A DNA stretch of 39,613 nucleotides from Bdellovibrionales bacterium (GCA_964217375.1 CAXPJQ010000047.1:1-39613), one strand, 5' to 3'; positions 28,763 to 38,588 are shown, counted from the first letter of the stretch. The notes: a model not told the origin generated them from the letters alone. A program made the numbers and translations.

Positions 28763-29784
28763 AAATTGGAGTAGTAGGTGCAGGATATTGGGGACCAAAT
28801 TTAGTTAGAAACTTTCAAAAAGTAGATTTAGTTGATAAAGTAGTTCTATGTGATTTGAAAGAAGAAAGATTAAAAAAAATAAAAAATACACTTCCAAGTA
28901 TTGACACTACAACAAAATTAGAAGAGTTATTAGAAGACACTGAAATAAAAGGAGTTGCTATAGCAACTCAGCCTCTCTCAACTCATTATAACCTTGGTAA
29001 AAGAGTTCTTGAAGCTGGAAAAAATTTATTTGTTGAAAAACCGATGACTTCAACATCAAAAGAAGCAAAGGATTTAATTAGAATAGCAAATGAAAAAAAT
29101 ATAATAATTAATGTTGACCATACTTTTGAATATTCTGCACCTGTACAAAAAATTAAAGAGTATATATCTTCAGGAGAATTAGGAAATATCTTAACTATTA
29201 ATATGATTAGAGCAAATCTAGGCTTAGTTCAAAATGATTTTAATGTGATTTGGGACTTATGTCCTCATGACTTTTCAATGCTGAATTTTTGGTTAGATAC
29301 TAAACCAACTTCAATTTATGCCAGTGCAAGCTCAAATGTTGAAGGAAATTTCCCAATTGAAGATGATGCACACTTATTTTTAGATTATAAAAATGGACCA
29401 ACCGCACATATCCATTCTAGTTGGTTATTTCCAGTTAAAAGAAGAGAAATTACAATTATAGGAGATAAAAAGATGTTAGTTTATGATGATGTTAAACCTG
29501 AGAATAAAATTACAATTTATGATGCAGGAATTCAAAGAGTAAACCCAAGAGAACATCACCAATCTTCACAATTTTCAGGAAATACATACCAAAATAATCA
29601 AGGTGATATATTAGTTCCAAGAATTGATTTCACAGAACCATTATTTGAAGAATGTAGAGAATTTGTAAGTGCAATTGAAAACCAAACTAAAACTAAAACA
29701 GATGGAGAATCTGGGTTGAGAGTAGTTCAAATGATTGAAAAATCAATTGAATCTCTTGAAAATGGACAAAAAATTTATTTATAA
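28759..29784 (+). CDS. Gfo/Idh/MocA oxidoreductase (WbpB-like)
   Basis: GAGYWG, VEKP, WDLCPHD; ATGA overlap with the aminotransferase. Confidence 0.93.
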   Translation: MKIGVVGAGYWGPNLVRNFQKVDLVDKVVLCDLKEERLKKIKNTLPSIDTTTKLEELLEDTEIKGVAIATQPLSTHYNLGKRVLEAGKNLFVEKPMTSTSKEAKDLIRIANEKNIIINVDHTFEYSAPVQKIKEYISSGELGNILTINMIRANLGLVQNDFNVIWDLCPHDFSMLNFWLDTKPTSIYASASSNVEGNFPIEDDAHLFLDYKNGPTAHIHSSWLFPVKRREITIIGDKKMLVYDDVKPENKITIYDAGIQRVNPREHHQSSQFSGNTYQNNQGDILVPRIDFTEPLFEECREFVSAIENQTKTKTDGESGLRVVQMIEKSIESLENGQKIYL

Positions 29785-29786
29785 AA

Positions 29787-30287
29787 ATGAACTTAGAATA
29801 TTTACAAAAAATATATTTACAAGATATACTCGAAAATAAAAACAACGAGATAGGAGACCAAGTGAAAATATTTAAGCCTAATTTAGTTAATATATATGGT
29901 GCAAAAATTGGAGATAATACTACTGTTGGACCATTTGTTGAAATACAATCTGGGGCAAGTATTGGAAAAAATGTTAAAATACAATCCCATTCATTTATTT
30001 GTGAAGGTGTTGAGATCAAAGATAATTGTTTTATTGGACATAATGTCATGTTCACAAATGATAAAAATCCTGCTTCAGTTACTAAAGAAGGAAAAATTAA
30101 AAATAGAGATGATTGGAAATTAGAAAAAACTTTAATTGAAGAAGGAGTAAATATTGGTTCAAATTCAACAATACTACCTGGGATTATTATTGGAGAATAT
30201 ACAACAATAGGAGCAGGATCAGTTGTTACCAAAAATTGTGAGCCCTACTCAACTTATGTAGGAAATCCTGCCAGAAAAATAAAATGA
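29787..30287 (+). CDS. Hexapeptide-repeat N-acyltransferase (WbpD/FdtC-like)
   Basis: GPFVEIQ, SHSFICEGV, FTND, GAGSVVTK, GNPAR. Confidence 0.93.
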   Translation: MNLEYLQKIYLQDILENKNNEIGDQVKIFKPNLVNIYGAKIGDNTTVGPFVEIQSGASIGKNVKIQSHSFICEGVEIKDNCFIGHNVMFTNDKNPASVTKEGKIKNRDDWKLEKTLIEEGVNIGSNSTILPGIIIGEYTTIGAGSVVTKNCEPYSTYVGNPARKIK

Positions 30288-31012
30288 ATGAAAAAAAAAA
30301 GATACTTTTAAGAGAAAAAATTAACAATAAATCAATTACTATTGCAATGCCGGCATATAATGAAGAAGGGAATATAGAATTAGTAGTTAATGAAGCATTT
30401 AAAGTTCTTAAATCCCTAACAAAAAATTACGAAGTACTTGTAGTTAATGATTGTAGTACAGATAAAACTAAAGAAATTTTAGAAAAATTGCAAAAAAAGT
30501 TTAAAAAATTAAAAGTAATAAATCATAAAAAAAATTTGGGAATAGGAATAGCGAATTATCATATATATAAAAATGTAAAAAGTGAAATATTATTTTGGAA
30601 TGCTTCAGATAATCAAATACATATGGATGAAATATATACTTTGCTTCCACATATATTTACAAATGATATTGTAATAGGAAATAGATTTCAAAGAGCAGAT
30701 AGTTTCAAAAGAAAATTATTTTCAGGAATATTTAATTTATCTTTTAGACTTAGATTTGGAATCAAAATTAAAGATGTTGATTCTGTTAAAATATTTAGAA
30801 CTAAAATTTTTAATAAAATAAATATAATCTCTAGATCAGCATTTATTGAAACTGAAATTTTAATTAAAGCAAAAAAATTAAAGTTAAAATTAAAAGAAGT
30901 TAATATAAAACATTATCCAAGATTAAAAGGTAAAGCACAAGGTATTAAATTAAAAATTATTATTCCTCAATTATTTGAATATTCTAAATTTTTTTTTGGA
31001 ATTAATAAGTAA
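30284..31012 (+). CDS. Glycosyltransferase GT2
   Basis: MPAYNEE, VNDCSTD, HYPR. Confidence 0.9.
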   Translation: MNEKKKILLREKINNKSITIAMPAYNEEGNIELVVNEAFKVLKSLTKNYEVLVVNDCSTDKTKEILEKLQKKFKKLKVINHKKNLGIGIANYHIYKNVKSEILFWNASDNQIHMDEIYTLLPHIFTNDIVIGNRFQRADSFKRKLFSGIFNLSFRLRFGIKIKDVDSVKIFRTKIFNKINIISRSAFIETEILIKAKKLKLKLKEVNIKHYPRLKGKAQGIKLKIIIPQLFEYSKFFFGINK

Positions 31013-31014
31013 AA

Positions 31015-32001
31015 TTAAAGATCTTCAACCTTAAGAGTATTAAAATAAGATTTATTTCTAGGTAATTTCCCATATAATTCATATTCAGGTTCATATTTAT
31101 CTTCATCTTGCCAAATAAATTTAATATTATTTCTTAATGGTGCTTTTCTTTTTGGATTTGTTGGACCAAAGATACAAGTCATAGGAGTTTTAGTACACGC
31201 ACCAAAATGCATTGGACCGCAATCTGTTGTGAAAATATAATTAGATTTTTCCATTAAATAAATAGTTTGTGGAATTGAGAAAATACCAGATAAATTTAAA
31301 ATGTTTGTATTAAAAATAAAAGAATCATAATATTTTTTATCCTCTTTACTTCCAATTAAAAAAATTTTATTATTTTTTGAAATGAATTTTAAAATTTCTT
31401 CAAATTTATTTTCTGGAATCTTTCTAATCTCAGAACACTCAACACCATTTGCACCTCCTAGATTTACAAAAATTTTAAAATCCTTCAAATTTAATTTATC
31501 TAAATATGAGTTAACAAAAACTTTATCTTCTTCATTTATATTTCCATATTCTAAAGATTTATTTTTAGTTTTAGAATTAATTAAATCTAAATAAAAATCA
31601 ACTTCATGTTTGGAATTGTCATATTTTATTTTTTTAGTTAAAAATAAATTTGAAATTTTATCTCTCAAAAAACCAATTCGATTAGGGATTCTTGTAAGAA
31701 ATGCAAAAAAAGAAAAAATCCAATGTTTATCTAATATATAAATCTCATCATAATTATATTTTTTAATTTCTCTTGAAAGAAGATAAAAACTAAACAAATT
31801 TTTTTTAATGAAGATATTATGTTCAAAAGAAATTAAATTATCTATAATTAAATTATCTTTTAGAATAAATTTACAATTGTCTCCAACTAAAAAATCAATT
31901 TGGGAATCTTTATTTTTTTTTTTTAATTCTCTTAAAAATGGAGTTGACATTAGGATATCTCCTAATGCTCCAATTTTAAAAACTAAAACTTTTTTTTTCA
32001 T
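31015..32001 (-). CDS. Glycosyltransferase GT9 (heptosyltransferase-like)
   Basis: KIGALGDILMSTP, TTDCGPMHFG, IFGPT. Confidence 0.9.
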   Translation of the reverse strand: MKKKVLVFKIGALGDILMSTPFLRELKKKNKDSQIDFLVGDNCKFILKDNLIIDNLISFEHNIFIKKNLFSFYLLSREIKKYNYDEIYILDKHWIFSFFAFLTRIPNRIGFLRDKISNLFLTKKIKYDNSKHEVDFYLDLINSKTKNKSLEYGNINEEDKVFVNSYLDKLNLKDFKIFVNLGGANGVECSEIRKIPENKFEEILKFISKNNKIFLIGSKEDKKYYDSFIFNTNILNLSGIFSIPQTIYLMEKSNYIFTTDCGPMHFGACTKTPMTCIFGPTNPKRKAPLRNNIKFIWQDEDKYEPEYELYGKLPRNKSYFNTLKVEDL

Positions 32002-33116
32002 TTTAAGATTTTTTTAACCTCATTATATACTTCATCAACTGAAATTAGATTGATAGTGGAATATTTATCTTCAGGATAAATGGAAAACTTGTTATTTATT
32101 ATTGGATTATTATTTGGATTTTTATATAATGAAATATTTTTATTTAATGGCCAAGGTCCAACTTTAAGAGGATTATTTAATCCAAACAAACCAATTGTTT
32201 TAGTTCCCATTGCAGCTGAGATATGCATAGGACCAGTATCATTTGAAATGAATACATCTAAATTAGTTAAAAGATATGCAAATTCTTCTTTTGATAATTT
32301 ATTTATCAAGTTTATACTAGAATTTAAATTTAAATTCTTTTTAATTTTGTCATAAATTTCTTTCTCAGGATTTAAACCAGTAAAAATGATTGTAACATCA
32401 GAATAGTTTTTTGATATTTTATTTGCTAAATTTTGAAAATTAATTTCAGACCACCTTCTTCCAAGAGCAGTACTTGCAGTTCCTAAATGAATACCTATTA
32501 ATTTTTTATCTTTAAATTCACTTAATTTAAAATCTAATTTTTGAGTATTAATATGTTTATATTTAAGAGGTATTAAAGATTTAGGAATTTTTTTGGAAGT
32601 AAAATCTTCACTTAACTTTGCAAAATTCTCTACAAAATGTTCAAATTCAGAATATTCTTTTTTGGAGGTATAAAAATTTGATCTGAACAAATGATTAAAA
32701 CCAACTAAATTTTTAGAATTTGAAAATATTGATAATAATGTAGAAATATTCATAAATTGTTCAGTATCTAAAATATAATCAAAATTAAATTTTCTAAGAG
32801 AATAGATTAAACTAAATATTGAAAGTGGATTTAGATAATTAAACACATAAATTTTTTTAATAAACTTTTGATTTTCAAAAATGGGAGAAACATTTTTAGT
32901 AGTTAGGACATATACATTAAATTTTTTTTCATAAACTTGTTTACATAAAGGTAAGGAATTAATTGAGTCTCCCATACCCCATAATCTAATGATTAAAATA
33001 TTTTTTGAAATTGATTTTTTTTTATTAATAAAAAAAGATTTAATTGGATATAATAAAATTAAGAAAATAACTAAAAATTTATCTAATAACCTCAAAAAAT
33101 TAACATTAACCATCAT
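31998..33116 (-). CDS. Glycosyltransferase GT9 (heptosyltransferase-like)
   Basis: RLWGMGD, RRW, SNDTGPMHISAAMG. Confidence 0.92.
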   Translation of the reverse strand: MMVNVNFLRLLDKFLVIFLILLYPIKSFFINKKKSISKNILIIRLWGMGDSINSLPLCKQVYEKKFNVYVLTTKNVSPIFENQKFIKKIYVFNYLNPLSIFSLIYSLRKFNFDYILDTEQFMNISTLLSIFSNSKNLVGFNHLFRSNFYTSKKEYSEFEHFVENFAKLSEDFTSKKIPKSLIPLKYKHINTQKLDFKLSEFKDKKLIGIHLGTASTALGRRWSEINFQNLANKISKNYSDVTIIFTGLNPEKEIYDKIKKNLNLNSSINLINKLSKEEFAYLLTNLDVFISNDTGPMHISAAMGTKTIGLFGLNNPLKVGPWPLNKNISLYKNPNNNPIINNKFSIYPEDKYSTINLISVDEVYNEVKKILK

Positions 33117-34539
33117 TATTTTTTATTTTATTTTTAATATTTGTTGTAGAATAACCATTAATAAAATTTAAAATTTTTACTTTACCTCCAAATTCTTTTA
33201 CATGTGGAGTCTCAATTAATTCAAGTTCAGAGTAATCTCCTCCTTTTACATGAATATCTGGTTTTATTTTTTTAATTAAATCAATAGGATTATCTTCATT
33301 AAATATGCAAACATAATCAACTGATTTTAAGTTACTAAGAACAAAAGCTCTTGATGCTTCATCAATTATAGGACTAGAATCACCTTTTAATTTTTTTACT
33401 GAGTTGTCTGAATTAATACCAACAATTAAAATATCCCCTAGTGTTTTAGCTTCATTTAAATATGAAACATGACCTTTATGAAGTAAGTCAAAACAACCAT
33501 TTGTAAAAACAATTTTTTTTCCATCTAACTTCAATTTTTGAGATAAGTCTGAAACTTTTTCAAATGAAATAACATTCTCAAAATCCTCAGAATATAATTC
33601 AGACTTTATCTCATTAATAGAAGGCGCATATGTTGAAAAATGAGATACAGCCACTTTTGCTGCAGCATTCATTAAATGAAGGGCTTCTTTTTTTTCAATA
33701 CCTAAATAATCTAAAAGTGAAAAAATTGAAATACAAGTATCTCCTGCTCCAGTTACATCAATTACCTCTGAAACTTGAGTTTTTGAATGATAAAAAGATT
33801 CCCCATCAAAATATGTAGCTCCCATCTCACTTCTTGTAACAAGAATTGGAGTATTTAATTTTGAAAATATAAATTCACAAATTTTTTCACAATCTAAATT
33901 AGTATTTGAAAACTTACCTTCTAAACCAAAACTCTTTGCAATACCTAGAGCTTCTGAAAAATTTGGTTTTATTAAAGAAAAATTATTGAAACTTCTAAAG
34001 GAACCAGGTTTAGTATCAATTGAAATATATTTATTAGTAGTTCCCAGATAATTAATTACTCTTTGAGATAAAAGACCTTTTTGATAATCTGAAACTATAA
34101 CAATATCAAAATCTTTAATAATTAATTCTAATTTTGAAATTACCTTTAATGAATCAATTATAAAATCTTTTTCTTCATAATCTAATCTAAGAACTTGAGA
34201 ATGTTTTGAAACGATTCTAATTTTTGAGATAGTATGCATATCTTTTTCAATTAAAGGTTTAAATGAAATATTTGAGTTATTACATATATTCTTAATTATA
34301 TCTTTATTAATATCCTCTCCACAAGCCCCAAAAAGTGTAGTACTAACTCCAAGTGATGCTAAATTTAGAGCAACATTTGCAGCTCCCCCTAATTTATTTT
34401 CTTCCTTTTTAAACCTTGCAACGGGAACTGGTGCCTCAGGAGAAATTCTCTCAACATCACAATATAAATATTTGTCAATCATTACATCTCCAATTACTAA
34501 AACTTTCAATTCTTTAAACTTTTCAAAATAATTATTCAT
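33106..34539 (-). CDS. hldE: Bifunctional heptose-7-phosphate kinase / heptose-1-phosphate adenylyltransferase
   Basis: Likely ATG 34539; GDVMIDKY, RISPEAPVP, GGAANVA, DVTGAGD; FTNGCFDLLHKGH, KGGDY, FINGYSTT. Confidence 0.95.
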   Translation of the reverse strand: MNNYFEKFKELKVLVIGDVMIDKYLYCDVERISPEAPVPVARFKKEENKLGGAANVALNLASLGVSTTLFGACGEDINKDIIKNICNNSNISFKPLIEKDMHTISKIRIVSKHSQVLRLDYEEKDFIIDSLKVISKLELIIKDFDIVIVSDYQKGLLSQRVINYLGTTNKYISIDTKPGSFRSFNNFSLIKPNFSEALGIAKSFGLEGKFSNTNLDCEKICEFIFSKLNTPILVTRSEMGATYFDGESFYHSKTQVSEVIDVTGAGDTCISIFSLLDYLGIEKKEALHLMNAAAKVAVSHFSTYAPSINEIKSELYSEDFENVISFEKVSDLSQKLKLDGKKIVFTNGCFDLLHKGHVSYLNEAKTLGDILIVGINSDNSVKKLKGDSSPIIDEASRAFVLSNLKSVDYVCIFNEDNPIDLIKKIKPDIHVKGGDYSELELIETPHVKEFGGKVKILNFINGYSTTNIKNKIKNNDG

Positions 34540-34540
34540 T

Positions 34541-35110
34541 TTATTCAAAATTAGGGTATAAATCTTTTTCAATTAAATCACACAATATATGATAAGTTAA
34601 CATATGACATTCTTGAATTCTATCAGTTTTGTCAGATTCAGGAATTAAATTTATATCACAAATTGATTTAAGTTTACCTCCATCTTTACCTAAAAACCCA
34701 ACAACAAGCATGTTTTTTTTTTTAGCTTCAAGAACAGCATTAATTACATTTGGAGAATTACCACTTGTAGAAATTGCAATTAGTACATCTCCCTCATCTC
34801 CAAAAGCTTCAACTTGTCTTCTAAAAATATCATCATAACCAAAATCATTTCCAATGCATGTGATTGTTGAGCTATCTGTTAGAGCCAAAGCTCTAATAGC
34901 GGGTCTATTTTTTTTGTATCTAGCAACTAATTCTTCTGCAAAATGCATTGCATCACAAGTACTACCTCCATTACCACAAGTTAATATTTTTTTATTCTTT
35001 CTTAGAGATTTAATAATTAAATTAAAAATTTCTAAGATATTATTATTTTCTAAAAATTTAGTTTTAACTTCAAGAGCAGATTTAATATGAGAATTAATTA
35101 TTTCTTCCAT
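34541..35110 (-). CDS. gmhA: Phosphoheptose (sedoheptulose-7-phosphate) isomerase
   Basis: CGNGGS, HFAEE, GNDFG, ISTSGNS, IQECH. Confidence 0.96.
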   Translation of the reverse strand: MEEIINSHIKSALEVKTKFLENNNILEIFNLIIKSLRKNKKILTCGNGGSTCDAMHFAEELVARYKKNRPAIRALALTDSSTITCIGNDFGYDDIFRRQVEAFGDEGDVLIAISTSGNSPNVINAVLEAKKKNMLVVGFLGKDGGKLKSICDINLIPESDKTDRIQECHMLTYHILCDLIEKDLYPNFE

Positions 35111-35168
35111 AAAAAGAAAGAAAATTTAGAATTTATAAAATTTTGTTATTATACTAGTAATAATTAAA

Positions 35169-35516
35169 TTAATTATTTTTTTTCTTCTTTTCATGTTTTA
35201 AATATGTTAATTCTTTATTTAATTTTGAAATGTGGACTCTTTGTTCTTCTGATTTTTTATATAACATAAAAACAATAGTGAAAAGTAAAAATATAGAAAA
35301 ATAAATTCCAAAATTAATTGCACTCTGAATCCCTAGAACTTCTTCTATAAATGTTAAAGTTTTAGGGAAAATAAAAATTAACAAAATTATCCCATATATC
35401 GCTAAGAAAAAAATTTCATGTAACAGGTGAGCTCTTTTTTGATTTTTAAAACTAATTAAAACATAAATAATCATTATAAATGATAATAGGATGAAAAATA
35501 TTGTTGTGAAGTCCAT
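35169..35516 (-). CDS. DUF2304-like membrane protein
   Basis: 3 TM, FP....I...LGI, C-terminal coiled ISKLNKEL; downstream of a DPM-like GT2. Confidence 0.8.
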   Translation of the reverse strand: MDFTTIFFILLSFIMIIYVLISFKNQKRAHLLHEIFFLAIYGIILLIFIFPKTLTFIEEVLGIQSAINFGIYFSIFLLFTIVFMLYKKSEEQRVHISKLNKELTYLKHEKKKKNN

Positions 35517-35519
35517 TTT

Positions 35520-36233
35520 TTATTTAAATACCATTCGTAAAAGTATTCTAATTGAATTAGACATCTTTTGGCCTTTTTGTTTTGAATACTCTGTATAATC
35601 AATAAATGTAGGTACTTCTTTATAAGTTATTCTTTTTTTAGAGATTTCATCTAAAATCTCAGATGCATGTTCAAAACCATCAAAAGAGATATCTATTAAT
35701 TTTGCGGCTTTTTTATTAAAAACTCTATAACCATTATGAGTATCAGTTAATTTAATTGTTGAGAGAAACATTGTAATAAATAATGCTCCTTTAAGTAAAA
35801 CTTTTTTTTTAAAAGGAACTTTATCTCTACTTTCTTTTTTTAAAAATCTAGAACCAATTGCAATATCACAAATACCTTTCTCAAGAGGCTCAATAAAATT
35901 CCCTAAATCTTCAATCCTATGTTGTCCATCAGAGTCAAAAGTTACAATATACTTACATTTCTTTAATTTAAGAGCGAAATCAATTCCAGTTTTTAAAGCT
36001 GCACCTTGACCTCTATTAATTACATGTTCTAAATAAAATAAATTTGGATTTTTTTTTTCAAATCCCTCAATTATTGAAGTAGTATTATCAGTTGAACCAT
36101 CATTAATAATAATTAGATTATTAAAATTATTATCTTGTAATTTTTTAATTACATTTCCAATAACACTACCTTCATTGAAAGCAGGAATCACAAAAAAAAT
36201 TTCTTTTTTTAGAGATTCGGATATTTTATACAT
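35520..36233 (-). CDS. GT2, polyprenol-phosphate glycosyltransferase (DPM1-like)
   Basis: IPAFNE, NDGSTD, NRGQGAAL, TFDSDGQH, GSRF, TDTHNGYR. Confidence 0.92.
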   Translation of the reverse strand: MYKISESLKKEIFFVIPAFNEGSVIGNVIKKLQDNNFNNLIIINDGSTDNTTSIIEGFEKKNPNLFYLEHVINRGQGAALKTGIDFALKLKKCKYIVTFDSDGQHRIEDLGNFIEPLEKGICDIAIGSRFLKKESRDKVPFKKKVLLKGALFITMFLSTIKLTDTHNGYRVFNKKAAKLIDISFDGFEHASEILDEISKKRITYKEVPTFIDYTEYSKQKGQKMSNSIRILLRMVFK

Positions 36234-36268
36234 AATAATTAAAAAATACTTTTTTAATATTTAAATCT

Positions 36269-37411
36269 TTACTTTAATAACTGTTTTATTACATTAGTTG
36301 CATAAGCTCCAGATTCCAAATCAAATTCAATAATTAATTTAAACTTATTCTCAAATAAATCATCCCTTGATTTAATTAGAACTTTTAAATTACTTGGGAA
36401 AATTTTAGTTTTTCTTAAAGATCTAATTGGTTTTAATTCAGGCATGTGATATAAATTAAATGAATCTTGAGATAGATTATCTTTTTGTAATGATTTATTA
36501 TATAAAGTTCCATAAGAACTAGATAGCTCTAACTCATAATTCATTAATTCAATTTCAGAATCTAAATTAATATTTGAATTTAAAACTTCATTAAATAGAT
36601 AAGATTGATATGCATTAATGTAGAGAGTTCTTAATTTCTTGTGAATTACTCTTAAAGCTCCAGGAAAATCATTTTTATGTTCTTTTAAGTGTTTTAGGAT
36701 AAAAGATTCAACTTTATAAAATTTAGGTGCCTCATTAATTAATTTATTTAAAACTTTTTGATTTGAACTTTTAATATCTTCCCAATTTTCTTTAATTAAC
36801 TTAACCCAATTAATCGCATCTTCTTTAGGATTATTAAGTGGAACTGAAGTTAAAATTTCTTTAACTGCAAATTCTAAATTATTTTGTAGAATATATCTAC
36901 CAATTATATGAGAATTACCTGCAAAACCAAAACGTTGCTCATCAAAATAATTTAAAACACCATTTTTTTTAGCTATATCAATATTTTTATTTATTTTATT
37001 TAGTTCTTCTTCATCTAAATCTCTAAGAGTTATAATGAAATTATTTCCTAAATTGTCTCCTAAATTTAATCTAGATTTGAATTTACCTATAAATTGTAAA
37101 TTTAAATCAGGACCAAGCTTTGAATTAAAAAACTTAAGATTATTCTCAAAAGTTGACTTTTTAATATTAGTTAGAGAAATTAATTGAGTAGTTATTCCAA
37201 ATCTATCTTTAGTTCCAGCAAAATGAATAAATTTAGGGTTTACTTTAAAAATATTTGAAACTTTTTCAATTGCTTTGAGACCAGAGTAATTAATTTTCTT
37301 TAGAATAAAGTAATAATAAATCTCTCCCCTTTCTTCATCTTTTTTACTCAATTCTTCTAAGTTATAAATCTCATTAACTTCAAAATCTTTAAGCTCAACT
37401 TTATATTTCAT
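36269..37411 (-). CDS. truD: tRNA pseudouridine(13) synthase
   Basis: FAGTKD (catalytic D), GNNF, NYFDEQRFG, AYQSYLFN, GAYAT. Confidence 0.95.
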   Translation of the reverse strand: MKYKVELKDFEVNEIYNLEELSKKDEERGEIYYYFILKKINYSGLKAIEKVSNIFKVNPKFIHFAGTKDRFGITTQLISLTNIKKSTFENNLKFFNSKLGPDLNLQFIGKFKSRLNLGDNLGNNFIITLRDLDEEELNKINKNIDIAKKNGVLNYFDEQRFGFAGNSHIIGRYILQNNLEFAVKEILTSVPLNNPKEDAINWVKLIKENWEDIKSSNQKVLNKLINEAPKFYKVESFILKHLKEHKNDFPGALRVIHKKLRTLYINAYQSYLFNEVLNSNINLDSEIELMNYELELSSSYGTLYNKSLQKDNLSQDSFNLYHMPELKPIRSLRKTKIFPSNLKVLIKSRDDLFENKFKLIIEFDLESGAYATNVIKQLLK

Positions 37412-37467
37412 TAATAAAGTTAATTTAGGGGGATTTATAAAAGGATATTAAGAAAAAATCAGTTATA

Positions 37468-37475
37468 TTTATAAA
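37468..37475 (+). promoter_or_regulatory. TATA box (rpl15e-rps8e)
   Basis: TTTATAAA about 155 nt upstream of the rpl15e ATG, implying a long 5' UTR. Confidence 0.45.
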
Positions 37476-37509
37476 GAGATTTTAGTTAGTTTTTATTATA
37501 GCAATAATA

Positions 37510-37619
37510 ATTTGGCGATGATTTAATGATAATGAGCGGAATTATGAAAATAAGCTATAATCCGAAAGGAGAGTAGAAAAAAATTCATTTAATTCTATTT
37601 CTTCTTTAAATAACCAAAT
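37510..37619 (+). ncRNA. Candidate structured cis-regulatory leader of rpl15e
   Basis: Closing stem ATTTGG/CCAAAT; hairpin CGGA(A)TTAT/ATAATCCG (37537-37564); hairpin AAAGGAGAGTAGAA/TTCTATTTCTTCTTT (37565-37607). Confidence 0.5.
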
Positions 37620-37629
37620 AAATTAAAAA

Positions 37630-38208
37630 ATGGGATATTTAAAATATGTTAAAGAAGCTTGGAAAAAACCTAGAGAAAGTTTAGGTGAAGCTTACAGATT
37701 AAGATTAGTAGAATGGAGAGCTGGTAACTCAATTGAAAGATTAGAGAACCCAACTAGACCAGATAGAGCTAGGGCTTTAGGTTATAAAGCAAAACAAGGA
37801 TTTGTAGTAGCTAGAGTTAGAGTTATTAGAGGAGGAAAAAATAACCCTCAAATCCATAAAGGAAGAGATGGAGGAGATTTATCAACAAAAATTTCACAGT
37901 CTAAAAACTACCAATGGATTGGTGAGGAGAGAGTTCAAAAAAGATTTCCAAACTTAGAAGTATTAAATTCATACTGGGTTGGACAAGATGAAAAATATTA
38001 TTACTTTGAAGTAATTTTAGTTGATGTATACCATCCTCAAATTTTAAGTGATAAACATGTATCTTGGATTGTTTCTCCAAAACATACAAAAAGAACAATG
38101 AGAGGATTAACTGCAGCTGGTAAAAAATCCAGAGGATTACAATCAAAAGGAATTGGATCTGAGAAGGCAAGACCTTCAATTAGAGCAAATAATAGGAGAT
38201 TAAGATAA
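37630..38208 (+). CDS. rpl15e: 50S ribosomal protein eL15
   Basis: PTRPDRARALGYKAKQG, LEVLNSYWVGQD, RGLT. Confidence 0.98.
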   Translation: MGYLKYVKEAWKKPRESLGEAYRLRLVEWRAGNSIERLENPTRPDRARALGYKAKQGFVVARVRVIRGGKNNPQIHKGRDGGDLSTKISQSKNYQWIGEERVQKRFPNLEVLNSYWVGQDEKYYYFEVILVDVYHPQILSDKHVSWIVSPKHTKRTMRGLTAAGKKSRGLQSKGIGSEKARPSIRANNRRLR

Positions 38209-38216
38209 TAATAAAA

Positions 38217-38588
38217 ATGGCACAATCACAATTTAGATCATTTAGAAAAGTTTCAGGAACTAAATATACAAGAGTTAGAAAAAAAAGAACTTGTGATTTA
38301 GGAGGAATTCCAGCTCATACTCAAATTGGAGATAGAAAAGAAAAATTAAAAAGAGTTAGAGGAGGAAATCAAAAAAAATCATTACTTAGAACAGATATTG
38401 TTTTAGTTAATGATGGAGCTAAAGTTTCAAAATTAACAATTCAAGGAGTTAATGAGAATCCTGCTAATATCCACTACACAAGAAGGAATGTTATTACAAA
38501 AGGAGCAGTTGTGAAAACTGAAAAAGGAGATGTAGTAATTACATCAAGACCAGGTCAAACTGGAGCATTATTTGGTAAATTATTATAA
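38217..38588 (+). CDS. rps8e: 30S ribosomal protein eS8
   Basis: RVRGGN, NPAN..YTRRNVITKGA, TSRPGQ. Confidence 0.97.
   Translation: MAQSQFRSFRKVSGTKYTRVRKKRTCDLGGIPAHTQIGDRKEKLKRVRGGNQKKSLLRTDIVLVNDGAKVSKLTIQGVNENPANIHYTRRNVITKGAVVKTEKGDVVITSRPGQTGALFGKLL

Noticed and set aside
29693-30232. 179-aa - strand ORF and nested 75-aa ORF
   Set aside because: Shadows of the acyltransferase gene
31382-35090. Several 60-91 aa + strand ORFs
   Set aside because: Antisense shadows of the GT9, hldE and gmhA genes
37517-37565. Box C/D sRNA
   Set aside because: No canonical RTGATGA plus CTGA pair; better explained as a structured leader
37901-38225. Two short - strand ORFs
   Set aside because: Antisense to rpl15e
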